DNA of 64,000 nt from Candidatus Latescibacterota bacterium (GTDB lineage: Bacteria; Latescibacterota; UBA2968; UBA8231). Below, in pieces: positions 1 to 9,528 of this stretch. The DNA is taken from positions 6,816,001-6,880,000 of the forward strand of contig OZ242214.1 in assembly GCA_965206595.1 (NCBI GenBank), in the 5' to 3' direction. The position numbers were made by a program, and so were the translations under genes. A model generated the notes under the pieces. That model saw only the letters and a program-made list of their open reading frames with translations, was not told the origin of the DNA and did no database searches. Every line of letters starts with the position of its first letter. Positions within the stretch are counted from its first letter, which is position 1.

Positions 1-1
1 C

Positions 2-724
2 CACGGCCGCACCGTCCAGGGAGAACTCGCCCGGGCCCTGCGCGAGCTCTTGCAGGAACCGGTGACCCCGGTGGGTTCGGGACGCACCGATGCCGGTACC
101 CATGCCCTGGGGCAGGTCGCCCATTTCAGAACCGGGACGGACCTCCCTCCCGAGCGGATCTGCCGCGCCCTCAACAGCCTCCTGCCCGCGGACATCTCGA
201 TAAGGTCCGCTGCCGAAGCTGCCGCCGATTTTCACGCCCGCTACAGCGCCGTCAGCAAGCGCTACCGTTACCGCATCGCCACCCACAAGACCGCGGTCGA
301 GCGCCGTTGGGTGTGGACCTTCCGGCGCAGCCTCGATTTCGACCTCATGGCCGAGGCGGCCTCCAGCTTGGCCGGGACCCACGATTTCCGCGCCTTCTGC
401 AACCAGCACCCGGTTCCCGACAGCTTTACCTGCACCGTGCTCGATTGCGGGTGGGAACGCGACGGCCCCGAGATGCGTTTTGAAGTCGAGGCGAACCGGT
501 TTCTGCGCCACATGGTCCGCATCATCGTGGGCACCCTCGTGGAAATCGGCCTCGGAAAGCGGGTCCCCAACCTGTCTCCCTCACTGCGGAGCGATGTCGA
601 AGGGAACGGCGAGCGCCGGGAGGTGCGCCGTCTGGCCGGGCCCACAGCACCGGCCAGGGGACTTTGCCTGCTGGCAGTGAACTACCCTGAGGAAAGCCCG
701 CCCCCCTTGAGTATGTATTCGTAA
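2..724 (+). CDS. truA: tRNA pseudouridine(38-40) synthase, 5'-truncated by window edge
   Basis: Frame open from base 2 (HGRTVQGEL...); motifs GSGRTDAGTHA, FHARYSA, FLRHMVRIIVG, AGPTAPARGLCL. Confidence 0.95.
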   Translation, partial: HGRTVQGELARALRELLQEPVTPVGSGRTDAGTHALGQVAHFRTGTDLPPERICRALNSLLPADISIRSAAEAAADFHARYSAVSKRYRYRIATHKTAVERRWVWTFRRSLDFDLMAEAASSLAGTHDFRAFCNQHPVPDSFTCTVLDCGWERDGPEMRFEVEANRFLRHMVRIIVGTLVEIGLGKRVPNLSPSLRSDVEGNGERREVRRLAGPTAPARGLCLLAVNYPEESPPPLSMYS

Positions 725-735
725 AATACTATTAT
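707..735 (+). promoter_or_regulatory. Candidate sigma70 promoter for the htrA-psd-pssA cluster
   Basis: TTGAGT-N17-TATTAT in an AT-rich patch just upstream of the 758 ATG. Confidence 0.5.
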
Positions 736-757
736 TAATACACTTACATGGCATGAC

Positions 758-1906
758 ATGAACACTCTTGCCCCCCTCGCTTCAGGCCGCTGTTTCACCC
801 CTTTTCTCCTTCTTCTTCCGCTCTGCTCCATGGCTGCAGAGGAATTGGAGGGATCGCGGCGTACCGCCATCGTCAGGGCGGTGGAACGGGTGAAGCCCTC
901 GGTCGCCAGCATCCACGTAATCCATACCGAGCCGGTTTACTACCGGTCCCGGTACCGGGACCCCTTCCGCGACCTCTTCTTCCCGTTCTTTCGGAGGGAT
1001 TTATACCTCTACCGCGGATCTCGGGACCGCATCTCCGGCGGTTCCGGGCTGGTCGTAACGGCAAACGGACACGTGCTGACCAACGACCACGTCATCGGCA
1101 GGAGCAGGAGCCGAATCGCCCCGAAAATCGAGGTCTCCCTTCCCGACGGCCGCTCGCTCCCGGCCCGGTACATAGGTTCAGATTTTACGATGGACCTGGC
1201 GGTCCTGAAGGTGGACGCCGACGACCTTCCCTTTGCAGACCTCGGCGATTCCGACGATATTCTGGTCGGCGAGTGGGCGATTGCGATCGGCAATCCTTTC
1301 GACCTCGGACCTGCCGTGAGCGCCGGAGTCGTCTCCGCCCTGGATCTCGACTTTCCCGAGCCGCAGGGCGACTACTACTACCGCGACATGATCATGACCG
1401 ACGCTTCGATCAACCCGGGAAACAGCGGCGGCCCGCTCGCCAATGCCCACGGCGAGGTCATCGGGATCAACAGTTTCATCTATACCGCAAATGATTACGA
1501 CATCGGCTCGATCGGCATCGGATTTGCCATTCCCATCAACTACGCCCGCCCCTTTCTCGACGAGATCGCCACTCACGGGCGGGTCCGCCGGCCCTGGACG
1601 GGCATCCTCGAGCTGCAGAACTTGACCCCCCGCCTGGCAGAATATCTCGATCTTCCGGACACCGACGGAGCCTTGGTCGTCTCGGTCGCCACCGGCAGCC
1701 CGGCGTACGAGGCCGACCTTGAGCGCGGCGACGTCATCGTCAGGTTGAACGGCGATAACCTCGAAAACGCCGAAGAAGGCAAGGGAGTCCTGGAAAGTCT
1801 CCGGGTCGACGAAACCTGCCATCTCGATCTTTTCCAGAACGGCCGCCTCGTCCCGGTTTCATTCGAAGTCGAAGAGCACCCGCGCTCCCCGCGCAGGTGG
1901 GATTGA
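758..1906 (+). CDS. HtrA/DegP-like trypsin serine protease with one PDZ domain
   Basis: Signal peptide; LTNDHV, DLAVLKV, DASINPGNSGGPL catalytic motifs; C-terminal PDZ (GSPAYEADLERGDVI). Confidence 0.92.
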   Translation: MNTLAPLASGRCFTPFLLLLPLCSMAAEELEGSRRTAIVRAVERVKPSVASIHVIHTEPVYYRSRYRDPFRDLFFPFFRRDLYLYRGSRDRISGGSGLVVTANGHVLTNDHVIGRSRSRIAPKIEVSLPDGRSLPARYIGSDFTMDLAVLKVDADDLPFADLGDSDDILVGEWAIAIGNPFDLGPAVSAGVVSALDLDFPEPQGDYYYRDMIMTDASINPGNSGGPLANAHGEVIGINSFIYTANDYDIGSIGIGFAIPINYARPFLDEIATHGRVRRPWTGILELQNLTPRLAEYLDLPDTDGALVVSVATGSPAYEADLERGDVIVRLNGDNLENAEEGKGVLESLRVDETCHLDLFQNGRLVPVSFEVEEHPRSPRRWD

Positions 1907-1907
1907 C

Positions 1908-2540
1908 ATGGCGCGTGAAGGATGGCCGTTCGTCGCCGGAGCCATCGGACTTGCGCTGGCCTGCTGGGCCTCCGCACAGGTCGTTCCCTTCATGCTGTAC
2001 GGGGTCATCCTCTTCGGGGTGCTCGCCTGTTTCATGGCATTCTTTTTCCGCGATCCGCGGCGCACCCCCCCGCAGCAGGCAGGGGCCGTAGTCTCTGCGG
2101 CCGACGGTCGAGTGGTGGAGATCCAGCCCGTCGAAGAGGAATACCTCGATGGCCTTGGTACGCGCATTTCTGTTTTCCTGTCTCCCCTCGACGTCCACGT
2201 CAACCGGATCCCCATCGAGGGCAAGGTCGATTTCGTCACCCGGGTTCGAGGCGGGTTCCAGGCCGCTTACCGGCCGGATGCGTCATCGAAGAACCAGCAG
2301 AGCGTGATCGGGATCAGCAATGGGGCCACCCGGCTCGTCGTCAAGCAGATCGTCGGCGTCCTTGCCCGGCGCATCGCCTGTTACCTGTCGGAAGGAGACG
2401 AGGTCGCCCTGGGGCAGCGCTTCGGGCTCATTCGTTTCGGGTCACGGGTCGATCACCTGCTGCCGCAGAGGGTGCGTATCACGGTCGAGGTGGGTGACCG
2501 CGTCCGGGCGGGAGAGACCATCATAGGGGTATGCGAGTGA
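1908..2540 (+). CDS. psd: Phosphatidylserine decarboxylase (short type)
   Basis: FFRDPRR, SAADG, FLSPLDVHVNR, FGSRVD self-cleavage motif; upstream of pssA. Confidence 0.93.
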   Translation: MAREGWPFVAGAIGLALACWASAQVVPFMLYGVILFGVLACFMAFFFRDPRRTPPQQAGAVVSAADGRVVEIQPVEEEYLDGLGTRISVFLSPLDVHVNRIPIEGKVDFVTRVRGGFQAAYRPDASSKNQQSVIGISNGATRLVVKQIVGVLARRIACYLSEGDEVALGQRFGLIRFGSRVDHLLPQRVRITVEVGDRVRAGETIIGVCE

Positions 2541-3250
2541 TGTACCGACTGTTGCTTCCCAACATGTTCACCGTCGGCAATCTGTTCTGCGCTTTTCTGG
2601 CTCTTCAGTACGTGATCGAGGGCCGCTACGTTCCCGCGGCATGGCTGGTCGTGCTCGGGGCCGCCCTCGATGCGATGGACGGACGCATCGCCCGCTTCGT
2701 CGGCAAGGACACCTCATTCGGGATCGAATTCGATTCCCTCGTCGATCTGTGCACCTTCGGAGTCGTTCCGGCCACCATGATCTACCTCAGCGTGCTGAAC
2801 TCGCCCTGGGGGCTGGTCCTCGCATTCCTGTTCCTGCTCTGCGGCGCCCTGCGGCTTGCCCGCTTCAACGTGCTGAGCCACAGCAACGAAAAGACGGATC
2901 TGTTCATGGGAATGCCGATTCCCGGTGCGGCCATCGTCCTGACCCAGTACGTCGTGTTCACCCAGCACGCCTGGGAAACCAGGCACGCCGCCGTTCTCGC
3001 CGCCCTGCTGGTGCTGTCCCTCGGCTACCTGATGATCAGCCGCCTCGCGTTCGACAAGGTCCCCAGCTTCCGTTCCTCCTCCTTCGGCGATCGTTTCAAG
3101 CAGCTGTTTTTCCTGGGTTCGGTCGCTCTTGTCATTTATCCCAGCACGTCGAAGGGCTTCTTCTTTCCGCTGACTCTGGCCTACATGGCCAGCGGCATCT
3201 ATCGTTGGGTCGCAGGCATGTTCAGGCACGAAGTCACTCAGCACGCCTGA
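2531..3250 (+). CDS. pssA: CDP-diacylglycerol--serine O-phosphatidyltransferase
   Basis: LPNMFT, DAMDGRIAR...FGIEFDSLVD CDP-alcohol phosphotransferase motif, ALRLARFN. Confidence 0.93.
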   Translation: MRVMYRLLLPNMFTVGNLFCAFLALQYVIEGRYVPAAWLVVLGAALDAMDGRIARFVGKDTSFGIEFDSLVDLCTFGVVPATMIYLSVLNSPWGLVLAFLFLLCGALRLARFNVLSHSNEKTDLFMGMPIPGAAIVLTQYVVFTQHAWETRHAAVLAALLVLSLGYLMISRLAFDKVPSFRSSSFGDRFKQLFFLGSVALVIYPSTSKGFFFPLTLAYMASGIYRWVAGMFRHEVTQHA

Positions 3251-3265
3251 CCGTCGGCGCCGCCC

Positions 3266-3547
3266 ATGCTCAGGGAAAAATCCGCATTTCACCTCATCCT
3301 CGTACTGTTCCTCTGCGTCCTCGGCGCCAACGTGATCGGCGAAGCGCTTCGCCTCTTCTTGCACCTGGCGGCCGGGGACGGCACTATAGTCGAGCGCGCT
3401 CTGCTCCACTACGTCAACTGGTCGGTCGGCCCCCACATGCTGAACCTGATAATCCTGTCGTTCGAGTTCGAGCTCGCTCTGCACTTCAACGTCATCACCC
3501 TGCTCGGCATCCTCGCCGGGTGGTATTATTTCAAGTACTCTTACTGA
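3266..3547 (+). CDS. Small membrane protein (DUF4321-like)
   Basis: 93 aa, hydrophobic; GxxIGE and LNLIILSF..L.FNVITLLG pattern; sits in operon. Confidence 0.65.
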   Translation: MLREKSAFHLILVLFLCVLGANVIGEALRLFLHLAAGDGTIVERALLHYVNWSVGPHMLNLIILSFEFELALHFNVITLLGILAGWYYFKYSY

Positions 3548-3584
3548 CGTCGGTGGCGTTTCTATTCCGATCGGAGGACAACCA

Positions 3585-3890
3585 ATGTTCGGCATGGGTC
3601 ATTGGGAAATACTCATAATCTTCCTGGTCGTCCTGCTGATATTCGGCGCCAAGCGGATTCCCGAAATGGCGCAGGGCATGGGCAAGGGCATTCGCGAATT
3701 CCGCAAGGCCGTGCGCGACGTCCAAGACGAAGCCGACGTCGCCAACACCGTCTCGAACCCGGCGCCGAAAGCGCCCGAAAGTCCCGCAGATCAGGTCGCG
3801 CGGCAAGGTGCTGCTGACCGCGGCAAGGAAGCCTCGCCCGCGGCTCCCGGGGAGGGCGAAAAGACCGAAGAGACCCAGCAGCGGAGCTGA
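3585..3890 (+). CDS. tatA: Twin-arginine translocase TatA/TatE subunit
   Basis: GHWEILII...FGAKRIPEMAQGMGKGIREFRKA; RBS GGAGG. Confidence 0.93.
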   Translation: MFGMGHWEILIIFLVVLLIFGAKRIPEMAQGMGKGIREFRKAVRDVQDEADVANTVSNPAPKAPESPADQVARQGAADRGKEASPAAPGEGEKTEETQQRS

Positions 3891-3950
3891 TCTGGCAAAC
3901 GCGCGCACCCCACCCGGCTGCTGCATCGAAAAACCCCGCCGTACAACACC

Positions 3951-5399
3951 GTGTCCCCCAACCAGCTGACCGCGCGCGCCTTAGCCGATCAGATAAGGAT
4001 GGGCGTGGCGACCTCGGTCGAGATCACCCGGGCGGTGCTCGACCGGATCGGCGAAGTCGACCCCGTGGTAAACGCCTACGTCTCGGTCGATGCCGAGGGC
4101 GCCCTCTCCGCGGCCGAACGGATCGACCGCAGGAAAGCGGCTGGAGAGGAGCTGGGGCCGCTGGCAGGTGTTCCGATCGCCGTCAAGGACGTGATCTGCG
4201 TGCGCGGCGGGCGGACCACCTGCGCAAGCGGGATTTTGCGGGATTACGTCGCCCCCTACGACGCCGGAGCGGTGACCAGGCTCCGGGCCGCCGACGCCGT
4301 CCTCCTTGGCAAGACCAACATGGACGAGTTCGCCATGGGCTCCTCTAGCGAGAACACCATCTTCGGGCCGGTGCGCAACCCCGTCGACAGCAGCCGCGTC
4401 GCCGGTGGCAGCAGCGGGGGCTCAGCCGCGGCGGTGGCTGCGCAGGAAGCGATCGCCGCCCTTGGATCCGATACAGGAGGCTCGGTTCGGCAACCGGCCT
4501 CTTACTGCGGCGTCGTCGGGGTCAAGCCGACCTACGGCCGCGTCTCCCGCTACGGGCTGGTGGCCTACGCTTCCTCACTCGATCAGATCGGCTGCGTCAC
4601 CAGGGATGTCGAAGACGCCGCCCTGCTGCTGGGGGCGATAGCCGGCCTTGACCCGCGCGACTCCACCTCGGTCGACGAGGCGGTGCCCGACTACGTCGCC
4701 GGGCTCGAGGGAGGGCTCGAGGGGCTGAAGGTCGGCCTGGTCGGGCAGCATTTCGCCACCGGACTGGACCCGGAGATTCGCGCCGCCGTCGAGAAGGCGG
4801 CAGCAGCCATGGATGCGAACGGGGCCGAGATTGTCGACGTGTCGCTCGAGGTTGCCGCGCACCCGGAATACTGCATCAGTGCCTACTACATCATCGCCAT
4901 GGCCGAGGCATCGGCCAACCTGGCTCGCTACGACGGCGTCAAGTACGGGGCTCGCTGCGCCAACGGCAGGGAGGATCTGGGCGAGATGTACCGCGCCTCC
5001 CGCAGCCGCGGCTTCGGTGCCGAAGTGAAGCGCCGCATCGCCCTGGGGACCTACGTGCTCAGTGCCGGCTACTACGACGCCTACTACCTCAAGGCGCAGA
5101 AAGTCCGCACCCTCATACGGCGCGACTTCGAGCGCGCCTTCGAGTCGTGCGACGTCATCCTGTCGCCGGTGGCCCCGACCACCGCCTTCCGCCTTGGAGA
5201 GCAGCTCAACGACCCGCTGGAGATGTACCTCAACGACATTTACACCGTATCGGTGAACCTCGCCGGGCTGCCCGGCATCGCCGTGCCGTTGACCACCTCC
5301 GGTGAAGGGCTCCCGATCGGGGCGCAGCTTCTGGCTCCCCCATTTCACGAGGCGGCCATGCTTCGAGCCGCCCGCAACCTCCAAGAGATCTGCGCATGA
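3951..5399 (+). CDS. gatA: Asp/Glu-tRNA amidotransferase subunit A
   Basis: GKTNMDEFAMGSS, GGSSGGSAAAV, GSDTGGSVRQPA, EVKRRIALGTYVLSAGYYDAYY. Confidence 0.96.
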   Translation: MSPNQLTARALADQIRMGVATSVEITRAVLDRIGEVDPVVNAYVSVDAEGALSAAERIDRRKAAGEELGPLAGVPIAVKDVICVRGGRTTCASGILRDYVAPYDAGAVTRLRAADAVLLGKTNMDEFAMGSSSENTIFGPVRNPVDSSRVAGGSSGGSAAAVAAQEAIAALGSDTGGSVRQPASYCGVVGVKPTYGRVSRYGLVAYASSLDQIGCVTRDVEDAALLLGAIAGLDPRDSTSVDEAVPDYVAGLEGGLEGLKVGLVGQHFATGLDPEIRAAVEKAAAAMDANGAEIVDVSLEVAAHPEYCISAYYIIAMAEASANLARYDGVKYGARCANGREDLGEMYRASRSRGFGAEVKRRIALGTYVLSAGYYDAYYLKAQKVRTLIRRDFERAFESCDVILSPVAPTTAFRLGEQLNDPLEMYLNDIYTVSVNLAGLPGIAVPLTTSGEGLPIGAQLLAPPFHEAAMLRAARNLQEICA

Positions 5400-6352
5400 C
5401 CCTCATGCAACACCTTCTGATGCGAGTTGCGGCCATCGCCTTTGCCGCCCTCCTCGTCCACTTCCCGGCATCGCGACCCGCGCTTGCAATCAACGACAAC
5501 GCCGGTACGACCGGGTTCAACTTTCTCAAGATCCCCGTGGGCGCCAGGCCCACCGCACTCGGCGGGGCCTACGCCGCGGTAGCCGGAGAGATGGAAGCGA
5601 GCGCCTTCAACCCCGCGGGACTGCACGGCCTGAGCCAGCGTGCCGGTGTCGTCTCACTGGCCAGCTATCTCGTCGACACCGAGGCCGGGTTCATCAGCAT
5701 CGCCGTTCCCGGCGAGAGCCGCGTCTGGGCGGGAAGCGTCAACTACTTCTCCTACGGCTCGATGCGGCACACCGATGCCGACGGCCAAGACCTGGGAAGC
5801 TTCGGCGCCTTCGAGCTCGCCGCCTCGGTGACTGCCGCCCAGAGGGTATGGCGCCGCATCGTAGTGGGATGGAGCCTCAAGGCGATCTACTCGAGCATCC
5901 AGGACTACACCTCCGACGCCTACGCCCTTGACCTCGGCCTCATCGCCGACGGACCGATCAGGGGCATGAAACTGGGAGCCTCGATCTCCAACATGGGCGG
6001 CGTGCGCAGCGGCTACACCGGCGGCTTCAAGGACTCGCTGCCGGTGGTCGTCCGGGCAGGCATCTCCCATCATCCGGCACACGCCCCGCTGCCCCTGATC
6101 CTGCTCGCCGACGTGAACATACCGAATGACGGCGACCCTTTCTTCGCCTTCGGCGCCGAGTTGCAGATCGGGAACACGCTGTTTCTGCGTCCCGGGTACA
6201 GCCTGCAGCAGACTGGTCAGCAGGGGGAGGAGGCCATCGGCCTGACCGCGGGCGCCGGCGTCGAGCTCCAGCGTTACCGGCTAGACTACGCCTACGCATC
6301 CTACCCCTCGCTGGGCATCGTCCACAGACTTTCGGTATCCGGCCGCATATAG
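5396..6352 (+). CDS. PorV/PorQ-like (UPF0164) outer-membrane beta-barrel
   Basis: Signal peptide; FLKIPVGARPTALGGAY, FNPAGL, DYAYASYPSLGIVHRLSV. Confidence 0.8.
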   Translation: MTLMQHLLMRVAAIAFAALLVHFPASRPALAINDNAGTTGFNFLKIPVGARPTALGGAYAAVAGEMEASAFNPAGLHGLSQRAGVVSLASYLVDTEAGFISIAVPGESRVWAGSVNYFSYGSMRHTDADGQDLGSFGAFELAASVTAAQRVWRRIVVGWSLKAIYSSIQDYTSDAYALDLGLIADGPIRGMKLGASISNMGGVRSGYTGGFKDSLPVVVRAGISHHPAHAPLPLILLADVNIPNDGDPFFAFGAELQIGNTLFLRPGYSLQQTGQQGEEAIGLTAGAGVELQRYRLDYAYASYPSLGIVHRLSVSGRI

Positions 6353-6419
6353 GCGACACCGCCTCAGCACTGCTCCCCACGGCACCGGGGAAACGCGGCG
6401 ACCGGGGCGCCTTCAGAGA

Positions 6420-7175
6420 TCAGTGACGTACTGAATCGGCGACAGCTTCCGCTCGTCCCGTCATCGGCACGAAGCGCACCGGCAGGAGACGCTCTGTCGT
6501 ATGCGTATCGCCGCGGCGGGTAATGCGGATCAGCTCCTGGTAGGCATCGCCGACCGGCATCACCAGCTGGGCGCCGTCGCCCAGCTGGTTGACGAGGGCA
6601 TGCGGTACGTGGTTCGGTGCCGCGGTTACGATGATGGCGTCGAACGGCGCCTTTTCCGGCCAGCCGAAGTACCCGTCCCCTGTACGCACGCGGATGTTTG
6701 CATACCCGAGATCTCGCAACAACGCCTGGGAGCGCCCGGCGAGCACGGGAATGATTTCGATGGTGTACACCTCGGCGGCGATCTCGCCGAGAACGGCGGC
6801 CTGGTAACCCGACCCTGTACCGATCTCCAGCACGCGGTCAGCGGGGCCCAGATTCATCGCCTGGGTCATGAAGGCGACGATGTACGGCTGCGAGATTGTC
6901 TGGTCCTCGCCGATCGGCAGGGGGCCGTCGCTGTAGGCGTAGCGGCGCAGGTCCTCGGGGACGAAGAGGTGCCTCGGGACCCGGGCCATCACCGCGAGCA
7001 CGGTTGAATCGGTTATGTCGCGAGCCGCCAGGTCCCGCCCAACCATGCGCATCCGCTCGGCCTGGAACTCCTCCTCCGGCTGCGGAGGTTGCCCGAGGCA
7101 CTTCTCCGAAGCCGCGATCAGGACCGCGGTCAAGGCCAGGAGGATGGAAGCTGGGAAAGCAGGGATTTTTCGCAT
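6420..7175 (-). CDS. pcm: Protein-L-isoaspartate O-methyltransferase with N-terminal signal-like segment
   Basis: VPRHLFVP, QTISQPYIVA, VLEIGTGSGYQAA, PFDAIIVTAA, VRFVPM; start chosen at ATG 7175 (MRKIPAF...). Confidence 0.93.
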   Translation of the reverse strand: MRKIPAFPASILLALTAVLIAASEKCLGQPPQPEEEFQAERMRMVGRDLAARDITDSTVLAVMARVPRHLFVPEDLRRYAYSDGPLPIGEDQTISQPYIVAFMTQAMNLGPADRVLEIGTGSGYQAAVLGEIAAEVYTIEIIPVLAGRSQALLRDLGYANIRVRTGDGYFGWPEKAPFDAIIVTAAPNHVPHALVNQLGDGAQLVMPVGDAYQELIRITRRGDTHTTERLLPVRFVPMTGRAEAVADSVRH

Positions 7176-7194
7176 GGTCGTCCACCTCGGCAGA

Positions 7195-7479
7195 GCCGTG
7201 TGAGGGCCGGCCTTCGATACAGCGGTCAGGCTACCGTCCCACTCCGCCAGTGTGGATGCTATACCTCCGTCCTGAAGGATTGGAAACAGTCGCGGCGGCC
7301 CCCGCAGAGGAACCGCGATTCCCCAAGTCGGTGGCCGCCTGGCCAATTCCCCAAGGCCGCGGTGAAAGCGGCCGCCGCCGGCCGCCTCGATGGGACCTCA
7401 CCGGGGAGGTCCCTGGGGGGCTTTCCGGGAGTGAACTTGAACCCCCTTCTCCTGAGACGTGAACGCCCCCGGCCACGGC
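7195..7479. ncRNA. Candidate structured RNA between sodN and pcm
   Basis: Possible closing stem GCCGTG..GCCGG (7195-7210) / CCGGCCACGGC (7469-7479); hairpins at 7355-7373 and 7392-7413; no credible ORF. Confidence 0.3.
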
Positions 7480-7498
7480 GATATTGCAATTACAGACC

Positions 7499-7954
7499 CT
7501 ACCCGGCCATGTACGCCTGCTTGAACTCCTGCGCGAGCGCCCGGAGCTTGTCGACGTTGGCTGTATCGGTCGTCTGTTTGCACTTCATCGCGTAGACCAG
7601 CATCTGGTGCAGGAGTGCAAGCTGGTTCTTGTAGGCGGCCTGCCCCTCGTTGTCCGGGGGGGGCAGTTTGATTCGCTGCGTCAGGAAGTACTGGGTGACG
7701 ATCTCCCTGATGCGGTCGGCGTGATTCTCCTTGTTGTTCACCCAGCGAGTCAGCTGGTTGACATTGGCACCGTCGCCGGAAAGCTCGGCGATCTTCTTCA
7801 TCGACTTCTCGATGGTGGTGATGTCTTCCTCAATCATCGAAAAGCGAAGCTCGTCGCCGTAAATGCCGCACGGTATTTCGCAGTGTGCCCATAGCGGTGC
7901 CCCCTGCAGTGCGATTGCGGCCGAGCACGCCGCCGCGAGTCTGGCGAAAGTCAT
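7499..7954 (-). CDS. sodN: Nickel superoxide dismutase with signal peptide
   Basis: Ni-hook HCEIPCGIY directly after a 23-aa hydrophobic leader; NQLTRWVNNKENHA, QYFLTQRIK, MKCKQT. Confidence 0.92.
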   Translation of the reverse strand: MTFARLAAACSAAIALQGAPLWAHCEIPCGIYGDELRFSMIEEDITTIEKSMKKIAELSGDGANVNQLTRWVNNKENHADRIREIVTQYFLTQRIKLPPPDNEGQAAYKNQLALLHQMLVYAMKCKQTTDTANVDKLRALAQEFKQAYMAG

Positions 7955-7975
7955 CCGACCCTCCTGTTTTGTCGT

Positions 7976-8005
7976 AAAAAAACCCGCGCGCGAATGCCGG
8001 GGGTT
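7976..8005 (-). terminator. Possible intrinsic terminator after the DUF151 gene
   Basis: Minus strand AACCC...GGGTT stem followed by a T run. Confidence 0.45.
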
Positions 8006-8036
8006 GGTGCGATTCCGAGGCTGGCTTCCTGTCTGC

Positions 8037-8741
8037 TCACGAAGAACCGGAGCCGCCGTTCTCCATCCTGCTGATCTTGTCTCTCAGCCGGGCTGCTTCC
8101 TCGTACGCCTCTTCGGCAACCAGCCGGTCCAGTTGCGCCTTGAGCAGCTCCAGCTCGGACATCTCTTTCTCTTCGGCCGCCCCTTCCGCCCCCTTTTCCA
8201 CTCCGGGTTCTTCCCTGACTTCCACCTCGACCAGCGAGGGGTCGACGTCCTCACCGTTGCCGGCGCCGGAAACATCCTCGCCAAGATCGGCGATGTTCAG
8301 CATCGCTCCGAGCTCTTTTCCAGCTTCTTCCATCACCTCGGGGCTCATGAAAATCGGGATTGCCATCAGCGTAGCGAGGATCATTCCGTCACTCGGCCTG
8401 CAGTCGAGGTAGAAGACATCCTCCTCGGTCTGGATCAGCAGGTAGGCGTGGAAAATATCCTCCTTCAGCGTGTGAATCACGAGTCTGCGAACCTCCCCCT
8501 TGACCTTTTCGAGGAGATTCTGAAACAGGTTGTGGGTCAGCGGCCGGGGGAAGGAGGCCTGCTGCATCGCCATCACCAGGTAATGACCTTCCGGTGCCCC
8601 TATGGAGATTGGCACGAAGCGATCCTCCTCCCCCTTGAGAACCACGAGAAACGTCTGGGGCGGGGAGGAGTCCGAGTAAGGGTAGATGCGCCAAACCTCT
8701 ACCGGAATCAGGTGCTCGTCCTGTTTTTTCTTATGCGACAT
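8037..8741 (-). CDS. Bifunctional nuclease (DUF151) with C-terminal UVR domain
   Basis: VPISIGAPEG, RPLTHNL, LDCRPSDG; LVAEEAYEEAARLRDKI. Confidence 0.9.
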   Translation of the reverse strand: MSHKKKQDEHLIPVEVWRIYPYSDSSPPQTFLVVLKGEEDRFVPISIGAPEGHYLVMAMQQASFPRPLTHNLFQNLLEKVKGEVRRLVIHTLKEDIFHAYLLIQTEEDVFYLDCRPSDGMILATLMAIPIFMSPEVMEEAGKELGAMLNIADLGEDVSGAGNGEDVDPSLVEVEVREEPGVEKGAEGAAEEKEMSELELLKAQLDRLVAEEAYEEAARLRDKISRMENGGSGSS

Positions 8742-8859
8742 AAATGGCTGCGAACTGCGAACACTGTGTTTAGCGAAATGTTACCGGAATATACCTCATC
8801 GGAGACCTTTAATCAAAGCAAAACAGGCGGCCGGCCGGGGGCGGCTCAGGGGTTCGCGG

Positions 8860-9528
8860 TCAAACGATCCCGGCTTGCTTCAGACTGACGAAATCGCCGG
8901 CGGCGATGATGATGTGATCGAGGACCTCGATCCCCATGATCAGCCCTGCCTCGCGCAACCGGTGAGTCAGATCGATATCGTCCTTGCTCGGCGAAACGTC
9001 CCCGGAAGGATGGTTGTGGGCCAGGATGATGCTCGCCGCGGAATGATACACACCTACCTGAAAGACCTCCCGCGGATGGACGATCGAGGCGGACAGGCTG
9101 CCGATCGAGATCACTTCCTTGTGGATCACCTGGTTGCGCGCGTTGAGGAACAGGCAGACGAAGTACTCCTTGCGCTGATCCTTGATTTCCGCAAGCAGCG
9201 GAATCGTCTCGGCAGGCGTACTGATGATCGGCAGCACCCCCAGTCCCTTGTCGAGAGCGCGGCGCGCCAGCTCGAATCCCGCCAGCAGTATGGCCGCCTT
9301 CGCTTTGCCGACCCCCTTGAGGCGCGACAGCTGCCCGAGGTCGAAGGACATCAGCTCCCCCAGATCGTGTTTCTCGACGATGCCCCGGGCGACGTCGAGG
9401 ACGTTGCAGCCGCGGTATCCCGTCCCCAGGACGAGAGCGAGGAGCTCACTGTCGCGCAGCGCCTCGACTCCGTCGCGCGCCAGCCGCTCGCGCGGAAGTT
9501 GCGATACTCCCCCTTCTCCTGTTGCCAT
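8860..9528 (-). CDS. radC: RadC/UPF0758 JAB-domain protein
   Basis: PRERL..GVEALRDSELLALVLGTG, HhH GVGKAKA, VHPREVF, AHNHPSG, VLDHII. Confidence 0.93.
   Translation of the reverse strand: MATGEGGVSQLPRERLARDGVEALRDSELLALVLGTGYRGCNVLDVARGIVEKHDLGELMSFDLGQLSRLKGVGKAKAAILLAGFELARRALDKGLGVLPIISTPAETIPLLAEIKDQRKEYFVCLFLNARNQVIHKEVISIGSLSASIVHPREVFQVGVYHSAASIILAHNHPSGDVSPSKDDIDLTHRLREAGLIMGIEVLDHIIIAAGDFVSLKQAGIV

Noticed and set aside
7195-7479. Assignment as SRP RNA, tmRNA or 6S RNA
   Set aside because: Lacks the SRP TCAGG..GGAAG..AGCAG loop, tmRNA acceptor/T-arm ends and a 6S-like rod; kept only as an unnamed candidate.
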